64,000 bases of DNA from Vulcanimicrobiota bacterium. GTDB taxonomy: Bacteria; Vulcanimicrobiota; Vulcanimicrobiia; Vulcanimicrobiales; Vulcanimicrobiaceae. The position numbers and the translations under genes were made by a program. The notes under the pieces were generated by a model, which worked only from the letters and a program-made list of their open reading frames with translations, searched no databases and was not told the DNA's origin. This document shows positions 25,901-34,405 of this stretch, piece after piece (the first letter of the stretch is position 1; every line of letters begins with the position of its first letter). The stretch covers positions 2,903,422 to 2,967,421 of the forward strand of contig OY969808.1 in the NCBI GenBank assembly GCA_963703305.1, given 5' to 3'.

Positions 25901-26000
25901 CGTCCGCAAGAATCTCGGCGACGAAGCGTTTTCGGCCGAAGCGCATCGCGGTGCCGGGTCTTCGGTGGAGGATATCGTTCGCGCCGCCGAGAGTGCGTAA
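22950..26000 (+). CDS. multidomain signalling protein: GAF-like, GGDEF diguanylate cyclase, STAND/NB-ARC-like P-loop NTPase, TPR-like repeats
   Basis: ORF 22851..26000 trimmed to the ATG at 22950, 2 nt after the upstream stop. GGEEF active site with an RxxD I-site five residues upstream (RPGDFFGRYGGEEF). Walker A GAGGVGKT, Walker B LLVVMDNCEH. Long helical-repeat C-terminus. No HTH seen. Confidence 0.85.
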   Translation: MDRLRAARELLRRIAMLLSGEQELTEVLHELCALLAETFEAGVRVGYTVENGEPRTYEHGEQHPEIPSTRVPVAFSGLILGDLWVSAARPLDADDVSLLETCAVYLGARLHDEQSRVRTEQLERLALTDSLTTVSNRRAFDQAISREWSRARRNGSSLSLVMLDIDHFKLYNDTYGHRAGDQCLRSIAAAASACLRRPGDFFGRYGGEEFVALLPETGLEGGLIVAESMRGTIERLAIANTGTSIGRVSISVGVAQCVPKDTGDSGQLVGSADAALYAAKADGRNRVVGAHTLAAENVDARSVLGNIPSRATRFVGHHDEVTRLSDAVERAPVVTITGAGGVGKTRIAIEIARRLARFFSDGTWFLDLAMLDDPADFMPFACEVLRTVAPLARDTESLVSALRDKRLLVVMDNCEHVIPQAAELARLLAVSAPKVRVIATSREPLRVKGGTTHRLGSLPLEDAVELFTERARAGGIWLGDERRAIIAAIVQQLDSIPLAIELAAPQLRSMSPEELLRRLDERLQVLGASNRGGASRQQTLEALLDWSHRLLDENGRKLFRRLAVFTGGCTLEAAMHVCGDEERLNEAVVGEALADLVSKSLVSEESSPSGTRYRMLEITRIYAQGLLVASEEFDAAAYAHVRFFTTLALRFEGTLEATPVTHWRSLVSMDGQNFRAALSLAIDAGDVDSVATICQALHYWLWEHGAVQATDLVRRIAAILATTLRPSVEAPMRLALASLVRRSDRTRAHEAARRSLDLYRALGDDIHVGDALRCTVATELETVSELDPSLEGEMLRFIETMLDLGSTLRAAELLNNLGVFYAQLLDDSRLPEALVCFERAAALLEARGDADRCGRVIGNSAGIAFLLGDAELAARRSRRAVELFDRSEESWSGGRQWANHGYYLLACGRYDEARNALRRGIGVLRDLGDRVGLAGALEYMAQLYHRTGDDRLAARLIGFADVTFGPGVARQAREAAMLHDLLEAVRKNLGDEAFSAEAHRGAGSSVEDIVRAAESA

Positions 26001-26054
26001 AAATATGGACGTGCAGCGCAACGTTTGCGCGCTTAGAGCGATTGGAAGTGCGGA

Positions 26055-27482
26055 CTAAGGTCCTATCGCAAGGCCCCAGGGTGCTTCGAACGGCTTACCA
26101 CGTCCGTTGTTTCGAATGGCTTCTTGCGAGCCCGTTGCGAACGGAACCGCATAGAGAACCTGCGATCCAAAGACCGGCGGGAGGGGATTCGGGGGAGATC
26201 CGAGCGTGCCGAGCGTGCTCATGTAGACCTCGCGTTGCGCGTCCACGGCGATTCCCGAAGCTTGCGTCATCACGGGGATGCCGGTGTTGGGTGGCGCGCA
26301 ACTCGCTCCTACGGTACAGCTAATGTAACCGTCGATCTGCGCGTATGTGGTCGGTACGTAAAGCCCATAGAAGGTCGTTGTTGAACCGTACTCCCACGCG
26401 GTCGCGACGGGCGCGACTTGACCGCCGCCGTACGGGTAGAACGCCGGCTTGGCCGAACCGCGCGCAAAGACCGCCAGGCCCGGGGGTTGCGAATATGCTG
26501 TGAGACCGAAGGGCATTGCTACGGCGAGGTCGCCTTTGTTGTTGAGCGAGCCGCCCGTAAACGGCGTCCCGAGCGGGAAGCCGGGCAATGCGATTTCGGA
26601 CGGTTGCGATTCCTCGATCAGCGTCCTACCGAACGACCAGGTGTTTCCCGAACGTACGAATCGTTCAATGACCCCTTCGGACTGAGGCGGTGTGACGGTG
26701 GTGCCGTAGATGATATAGCCTGACGTTCCCGCCGCGTCGACTGCAATGCCGGTGGCCGCGGTATTCGAACCCGGGTACGTTTTGGTGAGGATTTTCGTAC
26801 ACTTACCGTTCGAACACTCGCCGATATAGATATTGAGAAAAGCCGACTCATTTGCGGCGTAAAAAACGTCGCCGCCTGCGTCGACCGAAAGAGCGATTGG
26901 ATGTGCTCCGGCCGGCTTCGTAGCGAGCGGCGGCGCTGACGGCGACTCATCGGAGACAATCGGAAAATCGAACCTGTCGATCGCGTCGGCACTGAAGTCC
27001 GCAACGTAAAGGCCTACACTTGATGGCGAAGGATAAGCGATTCGCGTGGTGAGTGTTGCCGTAAGTCCAGTTTCGGATTTGTCGGACATGACAAACGTAC
27101 ACGTATATGTTGGCAGGCCGGACCTTCCGTATTTCGCGGAGACGAGATACTTCGTGAACTTGACGCCGTCCTTTTCGCCGCTGCTCTGCGTGCTAAACGT
27201 TACTCGCGGCTCTTTCGGCGCCAGAGATTTGCAATGAGCGTTTTCGCGTGGAACGGCGAGGCTCGCGTCGTATTCGAACTCTACCGGAACCGGTTGGCCT
27301 AAGTAGGTAACGTTTACCGTACTCGGCTGCCATGTGAACTCGGGACGCTTCGGCTGTCCGTTCGCGAGAATCGCGTTCGGGGCACTTTGTGGGTTAGATG
27401 CCGACGCGGACGGAACGATGCCGCCGCATCCGGCACACGCAATCACGATTGGCAGCAGTGCTGCTCTAAATCGCCGGCCCAC
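26055..27482 (-). CDS. lipoprotein, probable beta-propeller/repeat fold
   Basis: ORF 26055..27743 trimmed to the GTG at 27482, because the upstream part overlaps the carboxyltransferase gene. Lipobox IACAGC. Repeated ..GIAVDA.. segments. Confidence 0.6.
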   Translation of the reverse strand: MGRRFRAALLPIVIACAGCGGIVPSASASNPQSAPNAILANGQPKRPEFTWQPSTVNVTYLGQPVPVEFEYDASLAVPRENAHCKSLAPKEPRVTFSTQSSGEKDGVKFTKYLVSAKYGRSGLPTYTCTFVMSDKSETGLTATLTTRIAYPSPSSVGLYVADFSADAIDRFDFPIVSDESPSAPPLATKPAGAHPIALSVDAGGDVFYAANESAFLNIYIGECSNGKCTKILTKTYPGSNTAATGIAVDAAGTSGYIIYGTTVTPPQSEGVIERFVRSGNTWSFGRTLIEESQPSEIALPGFPLGTPFTGGSLNNKGDLAVAMPFGLTAYSQPPGLAVFARGSAKPAFYPYGGGQVAPVATAWEYGSTTTFYGLYVPTTYAQIDGYISCTVGASCAPPNTGIPVMTQASGIAVDAQREVYMSTLGTLGSPPNPLPPVFGSQVLYAVPFATGSQEAIRNNGRGKPFEAPWGLAIGP

Positions 27483-27579
27483 GATAAACGCGTTAGTGCG
27501 GCCTCTGTGCGGTCCTCCCTGGCAAGGGTCCCATCCCTTGGTTCGGGCGCGGCGTCCCCGCAGCTGCGTCGAGTTCCAA

Positions 27580-29163
27580 CTACATCCGGAAGATTCCGAA
27601 TCGCGTCTGGGCTTGAGGTGCGTGGGCGGCGGCGTCGAGGCCGATCGCGAGCACGCGGCGTGTATCGAGCGGATCGATGATGCCGTCGTCCCACAGCCGC
27701 GCGGTTGAATAATAGGGATTGCCTTCGGCTTCGTATTTCTCAAGGATCGGCGCCTCGAAGGCAGCTTTTTGCTCGGGCGTCATCTCGCCTTTGACCGTTG
27801 AGAGCACGCTCGCGGCCTGCGGGCCGCCCATGACGCTGATGCGCGCGTTGGGCCACATCCAGAGCTGTCGCGGTGAGAACGCGCGGCCGCACATGCCGTA
27901 GTTGCCGGCGCCGAAACTGCCGCCGATCACCACGGTGAACTTCGGAACTTCCGCGCACGCCACCGCCATCACGAGTTTCGCGCCGTCTTTGGCGATGCCG
28001 CCGTTTTCATATTCTTTGCCGACCATGAACCCGGTGATGTTTTGCAAGAACACCAGCGGCGTGCCGCGCTGCGTGCACAGCTCGATGAAATGGGCGCCTT
28101 TGAGCGCGCTTTCGCTGAACAGAATACCATTGTTGGCGAGGATGCCGACCGGGTGCCCTTCGATGTGCGCGAAGCCGCAGACGAGCGTCGTGCCGTACCG
28201 CGCTTTAAACTCGTGGAACTCGGAGCCGTCAACGAGCCGGGCGATCACCTCGCGCACGTCGTAGCCGGTGCGGCTATCCGCGGGGATGACGCCGTAGATC
28301 TCGCGCGGATCGTACTTCGGCGGCAGCGCCTCGGAGCGGTCCCACTGGACCGGATGCTCCAGATGCAAGTTGCGCACGATTTCGCGCACCATCGCAAGCG
28401 CGTGCGGATCGTCGTTCGCAAAGTGATCCGCAACGCCCGAGATGCGCGTGTGCACGTCGGCGCCGCCGAGTTCTTCGGCGGTTACTTCCTCACCGGTCGC
28501 CGCTTTGACCAGCGGCGGACCGCCCAGAAAAATCGTGCCGTTGCCTTTTACGATCACCGCTTCGTCGCTCATTGCGGGAACGTACGCGCCGCCCGCCGTG
28601 CACGACCCCATCACGGAAGCGATCTGCGGAATGCGCTTGCCCGACATGCGCGCTTGATTATAGAAGATGCGTCCGAAATGATCGCGATCCGGGAACACTT
28701 CGGCTTGCAGCGGCAAGAACGCGCCTCCCGAGTCGACCAGGTAGATGCACGGCAGATGGTTCTGTTCGGCGATCTCCTGCGCGCGCAGATGCTTCTTTAC
28801 CGTCATCGGATAGTACGTACCGCCCTTGACGGTGGCGTCGTTGGCGACGATCGCGCAGAGCTGTCCTTCGACGACGCCGATGCCGGTGACGATGCCGGCG
28901 CTGGGCGAATCGTCGCCGTACATGCCGTTTGCCGCGAGCGCCGCGATTTCGAGAAAGTCGGAGCCCGGATCGATCAGCATTTCGATCCGCTCGCGCACGG
29001 TGAGCTTATTGCGCTTGCGATGTTTGGCGGTCGCCTCGGGTCCGCCGCCGGCGTGGGCCGTCGCGAGACGCTCGCGCAGTCCGGCGACTAAGCCTTCCAT
29101 GCGCGCGGCGTTGCGCTCGAAGGCTCGCGAATGCCGCTCGAGACGAGTCTCCAGTAGTGCCAT
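27580..29163 (-). CDS. methylcrotonyl-CoA carboxylase beta subunit (carboxyltransferase)
   Basis: 527 aa. ..[65 protein letters not shown].. are carboxyl transferase domain motifs. Confidence 0.9.
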   Translation of the reverse strand: MALLETRLERHSRAFERNAARMEGLVAGLRERLATAHAGGGPEATAKHRKRNKLTVRERIEMLIDPGSDFLEIAALAANGMYGDDSPSAGIVTGIGVVEGQLCAIVANDATVKGGTYYPMTVKKHLRAQEIAEQNHLPCIYLVDSGGAFLPLQAEVFPDRDHFGRIFYNQARMSGKRIPQIASVMGSCTAGGAYVPAMSDEAVIVKGNGTIFLGGPPLVKAATGEEVTAEELGGADVHTRISGVADHFANDDPHALAMVREIVRNLHLEHPVQWDRSEALPPKYDPREIYGVIPADSRTGYDVREVIARLVDGSEFHEFKARYGTTLVCGFAHIEGHPVGILANNGILFSESALKGAHFIELCTQRGTPLVFLQNITGFMVGKEYENGGIAKDGAKLVMAVACAEVPKFTVVIGGSFGAGNYGMCGRAFSPRQLWMWPNARISVMGGPQAASVLSTVKGEMTPEQKAAFEAPILEKYEAEGNPYYSTARLWDDGIIDPLDTRRVLAIGLDAAAHAPQAQTRFGIFRM

Positions 29164-29296
29164 CGCCCCGCGCCTTCGGCGCCCTGCCGCCGGGCTCCCA
29201 GGCTTGCCCGGCCTAAAGCGGCCATGAGGGGGCGGTTAGAAGTCGGCTCGGACGGGAGCGTCCCGGCCGTGCGGCGCGTTATACTCTCACTGCACC

Positions 29297-30775
29297 ATGT
29301 CAGCACAAACACAAGTAGACGTCGGCGGAATCCTTCGCCCACAAGGCCGCCTCGACGCGACGCCGCTCGCGCCCTATCGGGGCACGCTCGACGACCGCAG
29401 CGCCGCGCATTTGCTGCGCCGCGCCGGTTTCGGCGGATCCGAGACCGAGATCAAACGTTATACCGGCATGCCGGTCGATACCGCGGTCGAATCGCTCGTG
29501 CGCTTCCCGTCGACCGCCGCGCTGCCGCCGCCGTCCAACGTCTTCGACCCGACCGACGTTCTTCGCCAATATACGCCGCAAGATTTTCGGGCGCTCGACA
29601 AGGCGACGAAGCGCGGCATCGAGCAGAGCCTGCGGGAGCAGACGCAGGCTTCGGTGTTGTCGATGCAGGTGTGGTGGCTGAACCGCATGCTGGACACGCC
29701 GGCGCCGCTGCAAGAGAAGATGGCGTTCTACTTCCACGGTCATTTTACGTCCGCCGCCGTGCAAAAAGGCGCTGCAGCCACGCTGACCTATCAGCAGAAT
29801 CAACTCTTTCGCAATTACGCCCTTGGGAATCTGCGCGAACTCACGCGCGCGGTTTCGCAAGATCCGGCGATGCTGATCTATCTGGACAATGCGGCCAACG
29901 TCGCCTCACATCCAAACGAGAACTTCGCACGCGAGCTGATGGAGCTGTACACGCTCGGCGTCGACCACTACACCGAGAAGGACGTTCGCGAATCGGCGCG
30001 CGCTTGGACCGGTTGGCAATATTCGCGCTTCACGGGTGTGGCTCGCTTCAATCCGCGCCTCCACGACGACGGTGTGAAGACGTTCCTCGGCCAAACCGGA
30101 AACTTCAACGGCGACGATATCGTCAACATCATCTTCGCGCAGCCGCAGTGCGCCCGCTTTTTTGCAGGCAGCCTGCTGAGCTACTTCGTGTACAACGATC
30201 CCGAGCCGGAGCTTATCGACGCCGTCGCCGCGCTGCTGCGCAAGCACGACTACGAACTGGCCCCGGTGATGTCGGCGATCTTTCGCAGCGACGTATTCTA
30301 CTCCGACCGCGCCTACCGCGCGCTGGTAAAGACCCCGGTCGAGTTCGTGGTCGGCACGTACAAGACGCTCGGGCTGTCGCAGTTCGACGTGACGATCGTG
30401 CCGCAGCTGCGGCAAATGGGTCAGATACTTTTCTCGCCGCCCAACGTCGCCGGCTGGCCCGGCGGCGCAAACTGGCTGACCAGCGACATGATGATCGCTC
30501 GGCAGAACTTCCTCGAGTCGTCCGTTAATTCGCAAAACGTAACGGCTTCCTCGTGGCTCGGAACCATGCCGATGAAGGCGAAGACCGTAACGAAAACGCT
30601 GGTTGAGACGATTCTGCAGGGCGATGCGTCGCCGGCTGCGATCGCGAAGCTGGACGCGCTGCTCGGCGGTGCCGGCAGTGCCGCGCTTGCTGCTTTCGGT
30701 CCAGAAAACTATGGCGAACGCGTGAGCGGCGCCGCCTACCTCGCCATGGCCGCGCCGGCCTTCCAACTGAATTAA
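29297..30775 (+). CDS. DUF1800 family protein
   Basis: 492 aa. ..AAHLLRRAGFGGS.. and ..ELMELYTLGVDHYTEKDV.. are motifs typical of DUF1800. Paired with DUF1501 as usual. Confidence 0.8.
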   Translation: MSAQTQVDVGGILRPQGRLDATPLAPYRGTLDDRSAAHLLRRAGFGGSETEIKRYTGMPVDTAVESLVRFPSTAALPPPSNVFDPTDVLRQYTPQDFRALDKATKRGIEQSLREQTQASVLSMQVWWLNRMLDTPAPLQEKMAFYFHGHFTSAAVQKGAAATLTYQQNQLFRNYALGNLRELTRAVSQDPAMLIYLDNAANVASHPNENFARELMELYTLGVDHYTEKDVRESARAWTGWQYSRFTGVARFNPRLHDDGVKTFLGQTGNFNGDDIVNIIFAQPQCARFFAGSLLSYFVYNDPEPELIDAVAALLRKHDYELAPVMSAIFRSDVFYSDRAYRALVKTPVEFVVGTYKTLGLSQFDVTIVPQLRQMGQILFSPPNVAGWPGGANWLTSDMMIARQNFLESSVNSQNVTASSWLGTMPMKAKTVTKTLVETILQGDASPAAIAKLDALLGGAGSAALAAFGPENYGERVSGAAYLAMAAPAFQLN

Positions 30776-30778
30776 AAC

Positions 30779-32005
30779 ATGTCGATGAAACGCCTGAACT
30801 TCCTACTCGGCAGCGTCTCCGGCCTCGCGGTCGTCGCGAATACCGAGCATCTCTTCGCCAAAGCGCTGGCGCAAGCGCCGCTCGCGGGATTGCCCGGCGG
30901 CAGCGATCGCGTGCTGATTCTGTTGAATCTGCAGGGCGGCAACGACGGGTTGAATACCGTCGTCCCGCACGGCAACCAGCGTTACTACCAGCTGCGTCCG
31001 AATCTTGCGATCGGGCCAAACGACGTGCTGCGGATCGACGACCAACTTGGGTTCAACCCCATGATGAAATCGTTCAAGGCCATGTACGATAAGGGCGAGG
31101 TCGCCATCGTTCAAGGCGTGGGCTATCCGAATCCCGACCTCTCGCATTTTCGCTCGACGGAGATCTGGCAGACGGCGTCGCCCGATCGCTACTTGCACAG
31201 CGGCTGGCTCGGACGCTATCTGGATGAAGCAAACCTGCCGGCCAACAACCTCTTCAACGGCGTCGCGCTCTCGCAGCTCGTGCCTGAAGCGCTCGACGCC
31301 TCGAACGTCGACGTTCCGGCGATTGCAAATCTGGGCGCGTACGGGCTCACGATCAACGGCAACAACGGTACGCGCAACGCGTTCTCAACGCTCGTGCACG
31401 ATCGGACCGTGCCCTTCAAGTCGCCGTACCTCGCGCGCGTGATGGAGATCGAAGACCACGCCCAACGGGGTTCGCAAGAGTTGCCGAAGCTGATCGCCGG
31501 GTATAAAACGCAAGCCGCGTATCCGGCCACGCCGATCGGCCGCAGCCTCGCGTTGGCCGCGCAGATCGTCGGCAGCAATCTGGGCACGAAAGTGATCTAC
31601 GTCGAGCACGGATCGTTCGACACCCACATCAGTCAGAAGGCAACGCACGACAAGCTCATCGAGCAGTTCTCCGATGCAATCGCCGCGTTCTACGACGACC
31701 TCGCCGCGCACGGCAACGACAAGCGCGTGCTGACCATGACCTTTAGCGAGTTCGGCCGGCGCGCTGCCGAGAACGGCAGCAACGGCACGGATCACGGTGA
31801 AGCCTCGCCGCTCTTCCTGATCGGCGGCGGCGTCAAGGGCGGCGTCTACGGAGACAATCCGGTCATTGGCCAAGAAGCGTTCGGCAACGTCAAATACACG
31901 ATCGACTTCCGCAACGTCTACGCCACCATCCTGGAACGCTGGCTGAACCGCCCCTCCGTCCCAATCCTGTCCGGCTCGTTCCCAATACTGCCCGTTCTCG
32001 GGTAA
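30779..32005 (+). CDS. DUF1501 family (sulfatase-like) protein
   Basis: 408 aa. ..LNLQGGNDGLNTVVP.. and ..FSEFGRRAAENGSNGTDHG.. are DUF1501 signatures. Confidence 0.8.
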   Translation: MSMKRLNFLLGSVSGLAVVANTEHLFAKALAQAPLAGLPGGSDRVLILLNLQGGNDGLNTVVPHGNQRYYQLRPNLAIGPNDVLRIDDQLGFNPMMKSFKAMYDKGEVAIVQGVGYPNPDLSHFRSTEIWQTASPDRYLHSGWLGRYLDEANLPANNLFNGVALSQLVPEALDASNVDVPAIANLGAYGLTINGNNGTRNAFSTLVHDRTVPFKSPYLARVMEIEDHAQRGSQELPKLIAGYKTQAAYPATPIGRSLALAAQIVGSNLGTKVIYVEHGSFDTHISQKATHDKLIEQFSDAIAAFYDDLAAHGNDKRVLTMTFSEFGRRAAENGSNGTDHGEASPLFLIGGGVKGGVYGDNPVIGQEAFGNVKYTIDFRNVYATILERWLNRPSVPILSGSFPILPVLG

Positions 32006-32064
32006 CTGGAATTCCCGGGCGGGGGACGAAAAAAGACCGGTCGGACGGGGGATTACCGGTTAGC

Positions 32065-33558
32065 ATGCTGTCTCGAATAAAGCCGCTGGCAACGATTCTA
32101 GCCGAAGGTGCCAATCAGGAGCACGGGCTCCGACGCTCGCTCGGACCCTGGGCGCTGACCGCCATGGGTATCGGCGCGATCATCGGTACCGGGATATTCG
32201 TCCTGACCGGCGTCGCTTCGGCAACGCGCGCGGGCCCGTCGCTGACGATCTCGTTCGTCGTTGCCGGCTTCGTCAGCGCGCTAGCCGCGCTTTGCTACGC
32301 CGAGGTTTCGAGCAAGATTCCGATCTCGGGAAGTGCGTACACGTATACGTATGCGACGCTCGGCGAGTTTCTCGCTTGGATCGTCGGGTGGGGTCTGGTC
32401 TTCGAATACGCGCTGGGCGCGGCGACCGTCAGCGTCGGCTGGTCCGGCTATTTCACATTCATTTTGAAATCCGTATTCAATGCCGACATTCCGCAGGTTT
32501 GGCAGCACAGCCATTGGGACATGACCCCGGGGATCGCGAATCTGCCGGCCGCAGCGATTATCTTGCTCATCACCGCGCTGCTCGTTCGCGGGACGAAGGA
32601 GTCCGGGACGGTCAACGCGGTCATCGTGGCGATCAAAGTTGCCGTCGTGATCTTCTTTATCATCATCGGCATCCAGCACATCAACCCGGCAAATTATCAT
32701 CTGCCGCCCGGACCGCAATCGGGGCTCGGTGGATATTTTCCGTTCGGCTGGGCCGGCACGCTGGGCGGCGCGGCGTTTATGTTTTTCGCCTACATCGGCT
32801 TCGATGCGGTGTCGACGACGGCCGAAGAGGCTCGCAATCCGTCGCGGGATTTGCCGTTCGGCATCATCATGAGCCTGGTGATTTGCACGATCCTCTACAT
32901 CATCGTCTCGGCAATTCTCGACGGCATGGTGCCGTTCTACAAACTCAACGTTGCGTTTCCCGTCGCGTTCGCTGCAGATAGCGTCGGCCTGGTTTGGGCC
33001 GGCGTCATCATATCGTTCGGTGCGATCGCCGGCTTGACGACGGTGCTGCTCGTGATGATGTACGGCCAGACGCGCGTCTTCTATGCCATGGCGCGCGACG
33101 GTCTGATCCCGCCCAGCTTCACGCGGTTGCATCCGGTATGGCGCACGCCGATGATCTCACAGATCTTCTTCGGCGTCCTGATCGCCGCGGCGGGCGCCCT
33201 GTTCCCGATCGGCATCTTGGGCTCGGCTACCAACATGGGAACGCTCACGGCGTTCGTGCTCGTCGCGATCGCCGTGCCGGTATTGCGCCGCCGGCATCCC
33301 GAACTAACCGGCAAGTTCACGCTTCCATTCGGCCCGTACATCATTCCGGTGCTCTCCGCCGTCTCGGCGCTCGTGTTGATCTACTTCTTGAAAGTCGGCA
33401 ACCCGCTGGTGTGGGGCTTCTTTCCGCTGGTATGGCTCGCGTTCCTAATCTGGCTCGCGATGGGCTTAGCGTTCTACTTCTCATACGGCCGCCGCAAGAG
33501 CACGGTAGCGCTCCAAGAGGCCGAAGGATTAGCGCCCGTACAACCGCGAGTGAACTAA
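32065..33558 (+). CDS. APC-superfamily amino acid permease
   Basis: 497 aa, about 12 TM helices. ..LRRSLGPWALTAMGIGAIIGTGIFVLTG.. is a typical amino-acid/polyamine permease N-terminus. Confidence 0.9.
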   Translation: MLSRIKPLATILAEGANQEHGLRRSLGPWALTAMGIGAIIGTGIFVLTGVASATRAGPSLTISFVVAGFVSALAALCYAEVSSKIPISGSAYTYTYATLGEFLAWIVGWGLVFEYALGAATVSVGWSGYFTFILKSVFNADIPQVWQHSHWDMTPGIANLPAAAIILLITALLVRGTKESGTVNAVIVAIKVAVVIFFIIIGIQHINPANYHLPPGPQSGLGGYFPFGWAGTLGGAAFMFFAYIGFDAVSTTAEEARNPSRDLPFGIIMSLVICTILYIIVSAILDGMVPFYKLNVAFPVAFAADSVGLVWAGVIISFGAIAGLTTVLLVMMYGQTRVFYAMARDGLIPPSFTRLHPVWRTPMISQIFFGVLIAAAGALFPIGILGSATNMGTLTAFVLVAIAVPVLRRRHPELTGKFTLPFGPYIIPVLSAVSALVLIYFLKVGNPLVWGFFPLVWLAFLIWLAMGLAFYFSYGRRKSTVALQEAEGLAPVQPRVN

Positions 33559-33563
33559 GCAGT

Positions 33564-33802
33564 GTCATCCTGAGCGTAGCGAACGCAGTGAGCGTAGTCG
33601 AAGGACCGCGGAAAAGGATGGCTCGCCACGGCGAGCCCGCTTTTAACGGAACCGCGGCATTGCTCTTGTCATCCTGAGCGTAGCGAACGAAGTGAGCGTA
33701 GTCGAAGGACCGCGACAAAGGATGGCTCGCCACAGCGAGCCTCCTTTGATTGATGGAATCATGGCATTGCCCTTGTCATCCTGAGCGTAGTCGAAGGACC
33801 GC
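33564..33802. repeat. REP-like ~105-bp tandem units (two full plus one partial copy), core GTCATCCTGAGCGTAGCGAACGxAGTGAGCGTAGTCGAAGGACCGCG
   Basis: Copies start at 33564, 33668 and 33775. Copies 1 and 2 are near identical over ~74 nt, including GGATGGCTCGCCACxGCGAGCC. Copy 3 lacks the internal duplication. Confidence 0.75.
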
Positions 33803-34104
33803 TACACTGGTTTCGCTCGATCCAGACCCCTCGCAAACTTAGAAGCCATCGCCCAATCATCGCGGATGAGGGCGATCTTCTTGCGACGAGACCAACGTTT
33901 CAACTGCTTTTCCCAATCGATCGCCTGACGGACGTCGTTGAACGCCCACGCTTTCGCAAGCACGACTGGGCGACGGAAATGAGTGTAGCAATCTGGATCC
34001 TAGCCGTCGTTGTGCTGCCCCACTCTTCGGTCGGCATCGCGCGTCACGCCGACGTAGAACGAGAGGTCCGCGCAGAGGAGCAGGTAGACGTAGTAGGTGT
34101 TCAC
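33803..34104 (-). pseudogene. GIY-YIG nuclease family gene interrupted by an in-frame TAG
   Basis: My reverse translation: (GTG)NTYYVYLLLCADLSFYVGVTRDADRRVGQHNDG*DPDCYTHFRRPVVLAKAWAFNDVRQAIDWEKQLKRWSRRKKIALIRDDW.. The TAG is at 34000..34002 and the frame is otherwise intact. GIY-YIG motifs YYVY..YVG..R..H. Confidence 0.65.
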
Positions 34105-34148
34105 GCCGTGCTTCTGCTTCCGGATGGGTGGATGGCTAGAGTTGGGTA

Positions 34149-34192
34149 GCGGTCCTTCGACTACGGCGCTGCGCGCCTACGCTCAGGATGAC
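34149..34192. repeat. inverted copy of the REP-like core
   Basis: GCGGTCCTTCGACTAC..GCTCAGGATGAC is the reverse complement of the GTCATCCTGAGCGTAG..GTCGAAGGACCGC core. Together with the copy at 33775..33802 it brackets the GIY-YIG gene. Confidence 0.65.
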
Positions 34193-34199
34193 AAGAGCG

Positions 34200-34405
34200 G
34201 CGCCCTTCGTCTCCAAAACCCTGCAGCGCCCTTCGTTTCCCAAACCCTGCAGCGCCCTTCGTTTCCCAAACCCTGCAGCGCCCTTCGTTTCCCAAACCCT
34301 GCAGCGCCCTTCGTTTCCCAAACCCTGCAGCGCCCTTCGTTTCTCAAACCCTGCAGCGCCCTTCGTTTCCCAAACCCTGCAGCGCCCATCGTTCTCCAAG
34401 CGAAC
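34200..34405. repeat. 26-bp direct tandem repeat, about 8 units (GCGCCCTTCGTTTCCCAAACCCTGCA)
   Basis: CTGCAG recurs at an exact 26-nt period (34221, 34247, 34273, 34299, 34325, 34351, 34377). The first and last units are degenerate. The period is not a multiple of 3. The array abuts the multicopper oxidase stop. Confidence 0.9.

Noticed and set aside
26001-26054. Terminator between the GGDEF-STAND gene and the convergent lipoprotein gene (GCGCAA-cgt-TTGCGC)
   Set aside because: The stem is only 6 bp, there is no T-tract, and such palindromes are easily found by chance in GC-rich sequence.
33341-33733. 130-aa minus-strand ORF and 227-aa plus-strand ORF (32994..33677) running across the REP-like units
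   Set aside because: Both run through near-identical repeat copies and through the 3' end or antisense of the permease gene. The translated sequences are repeat-derived (..VILSVANAVSVVEGP..) with no start context.
34200-34405. CRISPR array
   Set aside because: The repeats are directly adjacent with no unique spacers, the unit is only 26 bp, and no cas genes are nearby.
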